From Eubacterium sp. AF22-8LB (GTDB taxonomy: Bacteria; Bacillota_I; Bacilli_A; Erysipelotrichales; Erysipelotrichaceae), in contig NZ_QRVI01000001.1 of assembly GCF_003458715.1 (NCBI RefSeq), forward strand, positions 57,997-81,996: a stretch of DNA of 24,000 nucleotides, given 5' to 3'. Position numbers and translations under genes: made by a program. Numbering within the stretch: the stretch's first letter is position 1; every line of letters starts with the position of its first letter. Shown here piece after piece: positions 1 through 7,330 of the stretch. The notes below the pieces were generated by a model that did not search any database, was not told where the DNA came from, and saw only the letters and a list, made by a program, of their open reading frames with translations.

Positions 1-487
1 CATTTTTAATTGCCACTTCACTTAATGCGATTGCAAACTGCCAAGGATTAATAATACATGCACTTGGTGCATATAAAGCGCTTGTACAGTCTGGATTTAA
101 ATTAGGTTCCATAACAGATAGCTCTGGCTGTTTAATAATACGCTGATTCTCAACACCATTTTCTACACCGCGCTTATATAGCGTTTCAATGGTCTTATCA
201 TCCTCTTCACTAAATCCAACGACCAAAGAACCAATATTCTTACATGGAACATCTAAATCTTTACATAAAGTAGGAATGATTTTATTACCCCAAATATTAT
301 ATTTTGCCATCAAAGTATTTGGCATTGGATCATAACCCGCATGAATAATGGCACTATTGGCTTTAGTAGTTTCGTCAGCCACATCATTATTCTTTTCCAG
401 CCACAATACTTTTCCACTATATTTACTTAATTCAAACGCTAAAGAGCATCCACTAATTCCCGCTCCAATTATTATACAATCATACAT
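1..487 (-). CDS. FAD-dependent oxidoreductase, N-terminal part (glycerol-3-phosphate dehydrogenase / DAO family-like). The gene continues past the window start.
   Basis: Absent from the ORF track because it runs off the edge. My minus-strand translation from the ATG at 487 reads MYDCIIIGAGISGCSLAFELSKYSGKVLWLEKNNDVADETTKANSAIIHAGYDPMPNTLMAK... It has a GxGxxG dinucleotide fold and an ANSxIIHAGY motif. The SD AGAGGTG lies 6 nt upstream. Confidence 0.75.
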   Translation of the reverse strand, partial: MYDCIIIGAGISGCSLAFELSKYSGKVLWLEKNNDVADETTKANSAIIHAGYDPMPNTLMAKYNIWGNKIIPTLCKDLDVPCKNIGSLVVGFSEEDDKTIETLYKRGVENGVENQRIIKQPELSVMEPNLNPDCTSALYAPSACIINPWQFAIALSEVAIKN

Positions 488-558
488 AGTTCGCACCTCT
501 TTCAAACTAACGATACGCTTATTTTTATTCCTTTTCAAACGCGCAAAAACTGGCAAAG

Positions 559-584
559 TTATTAATCATAATATTGATTAATAA
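559..584. promoter_or_regulatory. Candidate operator: inverted repeat TTATTAATCA-N6-TGATTAATAA
   Basis: Perfect 10-bp arms read directly from the sequence. The site lies in the 199-bp divergent intergenic region between the FAD oxidoreductase and the LacI-family regulator. Confidence 0.35.
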
Positions 585-624
585 CTAGACAACGAAATAA
601 AATGGTGTAAGATTAAAATAGATA

Positions 625-663
625 TTGATTAATGCTTTGATTAGTAATCGATTTATTAATCAA
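625..663. promoter_or_regulatory. Second set of TTGATTAAT boxes: TTGATTAAT ... TTGATTA ... ATTAATCAA around a central AATCGATT palindrome
   Basis: TTGATTAAT at 625-633 and its reverse complement ATTAATCAA at 655-663. A partial TTGATTA copy sits at 637-643 and an 8-bp palindrome AATCGATT lies between them. The site is 24 nt upstream of the LacI-family start. Confidence 0.3.
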
Positions 664-686
664 AATAAATCAAAAGAGGTTTTATT

Positions 687-1718
687 ATGGGAAAAAGAAA
701 TAAAGTAACTACACGTGATATTGCTCTGGCTACTCATGTTTCGCAATCTACCGTTTCAATGATTTTAAGCGACAACAAAAATGTTTCATTTAAAGAAGAA
801 ACAGTAAAGCTTGTAAAAAATACAGCGAAACAAATGGGATATAAAAAGCCTGTTGTAAAGAAAAGATATTCCAATTCAAAGAATACTATTGTCGTAATAT
901 GTGCTAACTTATCAAATTCATACTATTCTATGGTCGTATCCAGCATTATCCAGCAGGCTAGTAAAACGAAGACACAAATTCTGACCATCTCCACCCTGCG
1001 CAAAGATGAACTTGAAAAGCATGCCATAACACACTTGAAAACAATCAAACCTACTGGCATCATTCTTTTGTATCCTCCTAAATTTGTCGATGAATGGAAT
1101 CAGCTTTCAAAACAAATTCCATGTATCATCATTGGTGACAAGCCAAAGAATTTAGATTGTGATTCCATTGAACTTAATAGTTTTAAATGTGGTAAACTTT
1201 TAGGTTCTCATTTAAAACAATTAGGACATAAAAAAATAGCTTACATCTCCAGTCCTTTAGATACAACTGAAATTGGCAGAAACGAACGATATGAAGGTGT
1301 GAAAAGTATTCTTCGTGACACTCAAGTATTCTTTAGTTCTTCTAAGCAATTTGAAATGTATGCCATTGAAAAAAGAGAATATGAAAATGGATACCATCTC
1401 ACTAAACAAATTCTAGACAATCAATTTGATGCCTATATTGGAAATAACGATATGACGGCTCTAGGAATTTTAGCTTGTTTAAAAGACAATAACATCAAGG
1501 CAAGTGTGGCAGGTTTTGACAACATTCCAGAGGCCAACTTTCCTCAAATCCAATTAACAACTGTAGATCATGGTGGCTGTGAAAAAGGAATGGAAGCTGT
1601 AGATATTCTTTTAGAGCAAACAAAAAGCGAACGAAAACGTATCGTCCATATGGAATATGAACCACAGTTAATCATTCGCTTATCTACATTTAGTCGCAAG
1701 AAATCATCATCTCAATAA
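687..1718 (+). CDS. LacI-family transcriptional regulator
   Basis: The N-terminal HTH TTRDIALATHVSQSTVSMILSD is followed by a periplasmic-binding-protein-like sugar-binding fold of about 280 aa. The SD AAGAGG lies 8 nt upstream of the ATG. Confidence 0.9.
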   Translation: MGKRNKVTTRDIALATHVSQSTVSMILSDNKNVSFKEETVKLVKNTAKQMGYKKPVVKKRYSNSKNTIVVICANLSNSYYSMVVSSIIQQASKTKTQILTISTLRKDELEKHAITHLKTIKPTGIILLYPPKFVDEWNQLSKQIPCIIIGDKPKNLDCDSIELNSFKCGKLLGSHLKQLGHKKIAYISSPLDTTEIGRNERYEGVKSILRDTQVFFSSSKQFEMYAIEKREYENGYHLTKQILDNQFDAYIGNNDMTALGILACLKDNNIKASVAGFDNIPEANFPQIQLTTVDHGGCEKGMEAVDILLEQTKSERKRIVHMEYEPQLIIRLSTFSRKKSSSQ

Positions 1719-2964
1719 TTTTATCATTGGTCTGAAGCATACCTTGAGAACCTAATGTTCCAATATTCTTAATTGTTTCATCGACACTATGAGCAACGAT
1801 TCCATCTCCTGCATAGAATTGTTGCTTATTTTTATACATATAATATCCCATTATACCCGCATCTACACTAGATGCGATCTTTGCAGCACAGCTAGCCTTT
1901 GCCCCATCACAAATTGTTCCCGAAAGAATGGCTAACGCATTCACAATTGTATGTTGAATTTCTTTATAATCACCATTATGTAAATAAGCAATACCAGCGC
2001 CCGCTGCAGCTCCTGCACTTACAGCACCACAGAATGCGGATAAAGTACCAATACCCGTTTTTATATAAATAGCTGTTAAATTTGACAATACTAAAGCTCG
2101 ATACAATTTTTCTTCTGAACAATTCAATTCTTTGGCATACACAACAACAGGAACACAACAAGTGATTCCTTGATTGCCACTACCTGAATTGATCACAACA
2201 GGTAACTCACAACCATTCATTCTCGCATCAGAACCTGCGGCAGCATAGGCTTTTGCCCTTGTCTTTACACAATCCGAATCCATATTTAAAATCACATGTC
2301 CAATATTTGCGCCATATGAATTATTAATGCCTTCATTAGCGATAGCCATATTGCAGGTAATTTGTTGGTCTAAAGTTGCCTTTACATCTTCAATATCTAC
2401 AGTTTGTGAAAAATCCCAAATCTGTTTCATGATCAACGCACTATGATCTGCTTTATACTCTAAGTTCGTTGTCTTATCTTCATAGATAACTTCCCAGTTC
2501 TTTTCTATTTGAACAATGTTTGTATGTGTATCCACAATACGAACACTCGCATGTTCCTGTTCATAATATACATTGATTTCTAGGTCAAAGACATGTCCCT
2601 GTTCAAAATGTTGAACTGTTATATTGGTATTCTTGACATATTCAGGCAACGCTTCTATCTGCTCTTTTGTTGCAGTAGAAAGCACCTCAAGTTTGGCATC
2701 CGCATCCCCATATAATGCACCCGCTGCTGCTGCCACTTCAATTCCTTTTAAACCATTTGTATGAGGAACAATAACACTCTTTACATTTTTGATAATGCTG
2801 CCACTTGCCTTAACTACAATTCGATCAGGCAAATGATCTAAAACCTGCGTTGCCTTAGCACACGCATAACTAATCGCAATAGGTTCTGTACAGCCCATTG
2901 CCATAACTAATTCTTCTTTTAAGATTTGTACATAAATTGAATATAATGAATCTTCTTTATTCAT
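1690..2964 (-). CDS. cyuA: L-cysteine desulfidase family protein (UPF0597, YhaM/CyuA-like, serine dehydratase alpha-like fold)
   Basis: Near full-length motif match to E. coli YhaM recalled from memory: GCTEPIA, HTNIV, SDARM, NSGSGNQGIT, ICDGAKASCA, GIVA and a QTNDKIIEMM tail. Confidence 0.8.
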   Translation of the reverse strand: MNKEDSLYSIYVQILKEELVMAMGCTEPIAISYACAKATQVLDHLPDRIVVKASGSIIKNVKSVIVPHTNGLKGIEVAAAAGALYGDADAKLEVLSTATKEQIEALPEYVKNTNITVQHFEQGHVFDLEINVYYEQEHASVRIVDTHTNIVQIEKNWEVIYEDKTTNLEYKADHSALIMKQIWDFSQTVDIEDVKATLDQQITCNMAIANEGINNSYGANIGHVILNMDSDCVKTRAKAYAAAGSDARMNGCELPVVINSGSGNQGITCCVPVVVYAKELNCSEEKLYRALVLSNLTAIYIKTGIGTLSAFCGAVSAGAAAGAGIAYLHNGDYKEIQHTIVNALAILSGTICDGAKASCAAKIASSVDAGIMGYYMYKNKQQFYAGDGIVAHSVDETIKNIGTLGSQGMLQTNDKIIEMMISCD

Positions 2965-3574
2965 GATCTTTCACCCATACACACACCAACTTATCGTCTT
3001 CCATTTGTGTCATACCAAAATACACTGTATCCTTTTCTTTTACACCAAAATCTTGATGTAGAGCCGTCAACACAGTACCATACATCTTCCCATCCTGCAT
3101 TCCCTCAAGTCTTATCCAACATGCTTCTGGCTCTTTTCCTTCTTCTAGAAAATAAACCATAACATCATCTGGATATTCTAAATGTCTTGATGGATCTAAT
3201 TCTTTATATAAACGCAATTCTTCTAATTCCTTTGATACTTGCGTTGCCTTTGCGACAATATCGATTTTATCTTGAAACAAATCCACATTCACATTATCTA
3301 AAATTTCAATATTCATTTCTTGCACATCAAATCGTGGGATTTTACAAGAAACCCCAATAGGAACAATACGATATTCAATATTTTGCTTTTTTGTTTCTAA
3401 AGCCATGATTTCAAATGTGAATCCCGCATTATGATCAATATACCCATACATTAAAGCTCCATATAAATGATCAAGCTTCAAGCCCATCTTTTCTAATAGT
3501 TTAACCATTTTCACACCGTGAATCTCCACCATTTTTTGGTTCATGTCACGAAAACTCATTTCATATACTTTCAT
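2957..3574 (-). CDS. Hypothetical protein of 205 aa. The C-terminal roughly 60 aa weakly resemble a DUF2314-type beta domain.
   Basis: Clean ORF, 8-nt overlap with cyuA and a 2-nt gap to the upstream gene. I recognise no confident family. Segment EACWIRLEGMQDGKMYGTVLTALHQDFGVKEKDTVYF. Confidence 0.6.
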   Translation of the reverse strand: MKVYEMSFRDMNQKMVEIHGVKMVKLLEKMGLKLDHLYGALMYGYIDHNAGFTFEIMALETKKQNIEYRIVPIGVSCKIPRFDVQEMNIEILDNVNVDLFQDKIDIVAKATQVSKELEELRLYKELDPSRHLEYPDDVMVYFLEEGKEPEACWIRLEGMQDGKMYGTVLTALHQDFGVKEKDTVYFGMTQMEDDKLVCVWVKDHE

Positions 3575-3576
3575 TC

Positions 3577-4122
3577 CTATTCACCCTCATACACATCTTT
3601 TAATTCTATAAAATTATCTTCAAAATACTTATTCAGTTCTACGATATCTAAATCTTCATCTATTGGAAAATCCGATACTTCCATATCATTTGCCTCTACA
3701 AATTCTTTAAACAATTCCATTGACTGATAATAATAATCCTGAAACTCTTTAAAGATTTCCCATAACGAAAAGCCCCGACCATTGATAACTCTAGCCTCTT
3801 CTTCTATATCATTCACTTTTTCAACATGAATTTCAATTTCAAAAGGATCTTCTAAATCATACAACATTTTAAAAGTATCTCCCTCTTTGAAATCAGGTTG
3901 AATCAAGGATGCACAAGGCAAATGATTGAATTGTTCATCCTCACAATTTGGACATACAAAAGGAAGTCCATTGCTTTCAATCACAAAATCTAAATATTCT
4001 TCAGACAAATAAGATGCCAATGTATAATAAGCTAAATCCGCTAAAGAAATTGATTTAGGCAAACTCACATATCGATACATTAAATTATTATATCCTAATA
4101 CTTCTGTATATATTTTTATCAT
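3577..4122 (-). CDS. Hypothetical protein, possibly pRiA4b ORF-3-like (PF07929-like) domain protein
   Basis: IKIYTEVLG..MYRYVSLPKSISLADLAYYTL and MLYDLEDPFEIEIHVEKV resemble the family pattern (kV.L....iWRri.vp...tL.dLH ... YeYDfGD.WeHeI.vE). The start overlaps the MscS stop as ATGA. Confidence 0.45.
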   Translation of the reverse strand: MIKIYTEVLGYNNLMYRYVSLPKSISLADLAYYTLASYLSEEYLDFVIESNGLPFVCPNCEDEQFNHLPCASLIQPDFKEGDTFKMLYDLEDPFEIEIHVEKVNDIEEEARVINGRGFSLWEIFKEFQDYYYQSMELFKEFVEANDMEVSDFPIDEDLDIVELNKYFEDNFIELKDVYEGE

Positions 4123-4889
4123 GACTGACTTACCTCTACTGAATAATTGCCAAAATTAATATTTGCCTTTCCATACTCTTTTACAAGTTCATAACGAATC
4201 TTTGCGAGCATATCAAAACCATCTAAGCTTGTCTTGCTTGGAACCACCACTCGCAAATCAATACCCGTTGTTGAAAAATTAATAACCTTAACTTCGATAG
4301 GATCATCACTTTCAACTTCATATTCCTTCATTGTTTTTACAACTAGATTTTTTAATATATCAATCGCCATATCAATATCTGTTCCATAAGAAACTTCAAT
4401 TTCCAAATAATTGTTTTTTCTTGTATCTTGAAAATAAGCATTCTCAATCGTTGCCGAATTCAATGTTGCATTCGGAACAATGATTCGATTACTTTCATAC
4501 GTACGAATAATAGTATGGCGAAAACGTATACTTTCAACATACCCAATCAATTCACCTTGATTGACTTTGATTAAATCGCCTTCAACAAAGGGCTTAAATG
4601 TCAAAATCATCAATCCACTACATAGATTTCCAAACGCATCCTTAGCGGCAACACCTAGAACAAGGGCAACCACTCCACTGGATGCTGCTAAATACGACAT
4701 AATAGGTTTTGTCTGTTCGAATTGTCCTAATATAACCATACAGTTGATAAAAACCAGAACATATTTTACCAATCTGGCAAAGCTCGTTTTGTTTGTGACA
4801 TCCTTTTTAAATAAAACCTTACGAATCCCCTTGTAGATTACAATTGAAACTACAATCGAAACAACGGTTACAATAATAATCGATTTCAT
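4119..4889 (-). CDS. Small-conductance mechanosensitive channel (MscS family)
   Basis: N-terminal TM helices followed by the MscS core GVAAKDAFGNLCSGLMILTFKPFVEGDLIKV...GYVESIRFRHTIIRTYESNRIIVPNATL. I moved the start from the TTG at 4904 to the ATG at 4889, which has SD GGAGA 8 nt upstream. Confidence 0.85.
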   Translation of the reverse strand: MKSIIIVTVVSIVVSIVIYKGIRKVLFKKDVTNKTSFARLVKYVLVFINCMVILGQFEQTKPIMSYLAASSGVVALVLGVAAKDAFGNLCSGLMILTFKPFVEGDLIKVNQGELIGYVESIRFRHTIIRTYESNRIIVPNATLNSATIENAYFQDTRKNNYLEIEVSYGTDIDMAIDILKNLVVKTMKEYEVESDDPIEVKVINFSTTGIDLRVVVPSKTSLDGFDMLAKIRYELVKEYGKANINFGNYSVEVSQS

Positions 4890-4894
4890 GCATA

Positions 4895-5902
4895 TCATCT
4901 CCAATACAACTTTTTCTGTTCTTCCGTAGTCTGATTAATAAACTTCTTTTTTGTATATAAAAACTCCTCAAGATCCATATAAATATGTAGAAGCATAGCC
5001 CTAGACTCAAATTCAATTTGTGTCTTAGGGAGCTCTGCCCTTTGTTTATCTTTCAACATTTGATGAAGAGAAGTAATCTGTGGTTGCGGATCATTCTGTT
5101 CATGAATAAATGGAATTAGATACTCAATATATTTTGCCAATTCACCCGCCTCTTCAGGCATTTGACGAATCTTACGAATTTTATAATGAAGCATATGTAG
5201 AATATCACACTGCAAGGCACGCATTTCAAAATAACGAATATAGTAGTCTGGCAAGCTTGAAAAAGTATTGTCTTGATACTCCATCGCAATATGAATATAT
5301 TTTTCAGCTTGTTCCTTAATATCTTCTAGTTCCTTCCAAATCGTCGTGTTTCTTTCTTCACTTTGAATATAATGAACAATTTGATACATCAAGCTTTGAA
5401 TCTTATCTTCCATATATTGCATACAAGAATTCAAATATTCTTCTTCACCACTATAATCATGCACTAAGTTCAATAAAAATGCGATAATAGCACCAATCAA
5501 TATTAAATAAAATTCATTCATCATAAAGTTCACACTAAAATCTAAATAACTCAAATAATGAACGGCAATCATCGCATTTACACTTAATGTATTCTGACAT
5601 TTCATTTTCTCACTATACCCAACTAAACACGCAATCACAAGTCCAAACGCAACCCAATGACTCGATATGAGTTCAAAAAACAGAAAACAAAATAGAATCG
5701 TTACAAAAAACGTTGTAATTCTACGTAACACAAGCTTAACTGTCCCCCATTTTGTCGTCAATAAAGATAATAACGCAATGGTCCCTGCACTTGTTGGATT
5801 ATCTAAATTAAAAACATTTGCAATAAAAATAGCTATTGCACTACCAATTCCTATTTTTAAAGCAAGTATAAATACTCTTTTCGTTTCTCTTTTCATATGC
5901 AT
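4895..5902 (-). CDS. Aromatic acid exporter (ArAE / FUSC-like, UPF0421-type) family membrane protein
   Basis: N-terminus LKIGIGSAIAIFIANVFNLDNPTSAGTIALLSL, then 4-5 TM helices and a soluble helical C-terminal domain. No SD precedes the ATG at 5902 or 5896. Confidence 0.7.
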   Translation of the reverse strand: MHMKRETKRVFILALKIGIGSAIAIFIANVFNLDNPTSAGTIALLSLLTTKWGTVKLVLRRITTFFVTILFCFLFFELISSHWVAFGLVIACLVGYSEKMKCQNTLSVNAMIAVHYLSYLDFSVNFMMNEFYLILIGAIIAFLLNLVHDYSGEEEYLNSCMQYMEDKIQSLMYQIVHYIQSEERNTTIWKELEDIKEQAEKYIHIAMEYQDNTFSSLPDYYIRYFEMRALQCDILHMLHYKIRKIRQMPEEAGELAKYIEYLIPFIHEQNDPQPQITSLHQMLKDKQRAELPKTQIEFESRAMLLHIYMDLEEFLYTKKKFINQTTEEQKKLYWR

Positions 5903-5919
5903 ACATTTTATGCGAAATT

Positions 5920-5944
5920 AAAAAAAAGGACAATAATAATTGTC
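5920..5944 (-). terminator. Weak rho-independent terminator or attenuator after the sigma factor gene
   Basis: Minus-strand RNA reads GACAAU-UAUU-AUUGUC followed by C and U8. The stem is 6 bp with only 2 GC pairs and overlaps the sigma stop codon. Confidence 0.4.
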
Positions 5945-6443
5945 ACTTCTTATCTAATACATCCTTCACTTTTTGTTTACCACTCTTCAACAAACGAGCG
6001 ACACCCTCTTCACTCATTTTTAATCGATTTGCGATATCCTTTTGTTTTAATTTTCCCAAACAATGCATGATTGTAACTGTCTTTTGATTTTCTGGCATGT
6101 CATTTAAACAATCGTCTACATCGGATTGTCGATATTGAGGCAATTCGCGTAAAGCCGTAGTCACACCTGAATTTTCTTTAGCACGCATATATTCACGAAG
6201 CTGTTTGTTCAACAGGACAGTAATCCATTTTTTAAAATTTGCATCATCAATTAGCTTGTCCATATTCATAAATGCATATGTATAGGTTGCCTGTAAAATA
6301 TCATTAATTTCTTTTTCTTCTAGACCAATATAGCGCTTATAAATGGTCTGCACCAAATACTCTCGTGTCAATGAAATAAGCTCTTTTTTCGCATCCGCAT
6401 TCTTATTTCGTACACCTTCTATTATTTTTAAATCAATATCCAT
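5943..6443 (-). CDS. Sigma-70 family (ECF-like, regions 2 and 4) RNA polymerase sigma factor
   Basis: The 166-aa size, a region-2-like segment (YLVQTIYKRYIGLEEKEINDILQATYTYAF) and a C-terminal region-4 HTH (LKQKDIANRLKMSEEGVARLLKSGKQKV). SD AAAGGA. Confidence 0.8.
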   Translation of the reverse strand: MDIDLKIIEGVRNKNADAKKELISLTREYLVQTIYKRYIGLEEKEINDILQATYTYAFMNMDKLIDDANFKKWITVLLNKQLREYMRAKENSGVTTALRELPQYRQSDVDDCLNDMPENQKTVTIMHCLGKLKQKDIANRLKMSEEGVARLLKSGKQKVKDVLDKK

Positions 6444-6500
6444 ATATTTTTATCCTTTATATAAGTTTTTTTTAGCATACAACACAACATTTGATAAATC

Positions 6501-6530
6501 AACAAGAAAAAGGCAATCCAAAGATTGCCT
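6501..6530 (-). terminator. Rho-independent terminator closing the Mo/Se operon
   Basis: Minus-strand RNA reads AGGCAAUC-UUUG-GAUUGCCU followed by UUUUCUUGUU. The 8-bp stem starts at the VanY stop codon. Confidence 0.7.
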
Positions 6531-7317
6531 AAGCTCCATAATATTCATCTAAAGTTAAGTTGTTCTTATATAAATATGTAGCTAGATCCACACCAACATA
6601 TCTTAAATGCCAGCTTTCAGGAGCTATTTTAGTCTTATCTTCCTTATCATCCGGATAACGTAAAATAAATCCATATTTATGCATATTTTTTAATAACCAA
6701 CCATAATGTGAATTATATCGAACAGCATCTAAATCACTACAATCATTATCCATACGAATATCTACAGACAAACCGGATTGGTGCTCACTATATCCTGGTC
6801 TTGTCCAATAACGATCTGCATACTCTTCACCATAGCTTGCAGCTCCATTATTAAACAAATCCGTTTGGTAAGCGTAAGAACGATATGCCGAACAAGCATT
6901 CAAAATAAATCCTTCTTTTTCGGCTGCATCAATCAATTTATTAAATGCCTTTGCGGCAGGCTTACGCATACGCACATTCGCATTTTCTCCACTCGAAGGC
7001 ACTTCAACCAAATCCTTTGGCTCATAATCTTCTGGCAATCCTGAATATTTATTTACAAGAATATAAATAGAATCCAAATCTGAAACCGTGATAGTATTCT
7101 CATAAGGCTCTTTGCTCTGATCGACCTTTGTCACTTTTGGCAAATTCGTTTCCGTATCTTCTTTTTTAGAAACCACTTCCTGTGTTTGTTGCGGCTGACT
7201 CACCTTATTATCATTCGTTCTTTTCATAATCAATGCCAATAATAACGCAATAATCATAATCAATACGATTATCACAAACACAAGAAATTTTCTTACTCTT
7301 CTTCTTTTCTTTTTCAA
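6529..7317 (-). CDS. VanY-type D-alanyl-D-alanine carboxypeptidase (peptidase M15B), membrane-anchored
   Basis: KKKRRR followed by a TM helix, then the M15B motifs SEHQSGLSVD and WHLRYVG. I moved the start to the TTG at 7317 (SD AGAGGTG 6 nt upstream), which removes the 38-nt overlap implied by the ORF-track ATG at 7368. Confidence 0.85.
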   Translation of the reverse strand: MKKKRRRVRKFLVFVIIVLIMIIALLLALIMKRTNDNKVSQPQQTQEVVSKKEDTETNLPKVTKVDQSKEPYENTITVSDLDSIYILVNKYSGLPEDYEPKDLVEVPSSGENANVRMRKPAAKAFNKLIDAAEKEGFILNACSAYRSYAYQTDLFNNGAASYGEEYADRYWTRPGYSEHQSGLSVDIRMDNDCSDLDAVRYNSHYGWLLKNMHKYGFILRYPDDKEDKTKIAPESWHLRYVGVDLATYLYKNNLTLDEYYGA

Positions 7318-7330
7318 ATCAAACACCTCT

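Noticed and set aside
348-581. 77-aa plus-strand ORF in the ORF track
   Set aside because: It overlaps the N-terminal Rossmann-fold coding region of the minus-strand FAD oxidoreductase (ATG at 487 with a good SD) and runs into the operator-rich intergenic region. The sequence is hydrophobic and low-complexity.
3577-4122. The pRiA4b ORF-3-like gene as evidence of a mobile element or plasmid insertion
   Set aside because: No transposase, integrase, terminal inverted repeats or tRNA target is nearby. The gene is translationally coupled (ATGA) to a housekeeping-type MscS gene, and base composition looks the same as the surroundings.
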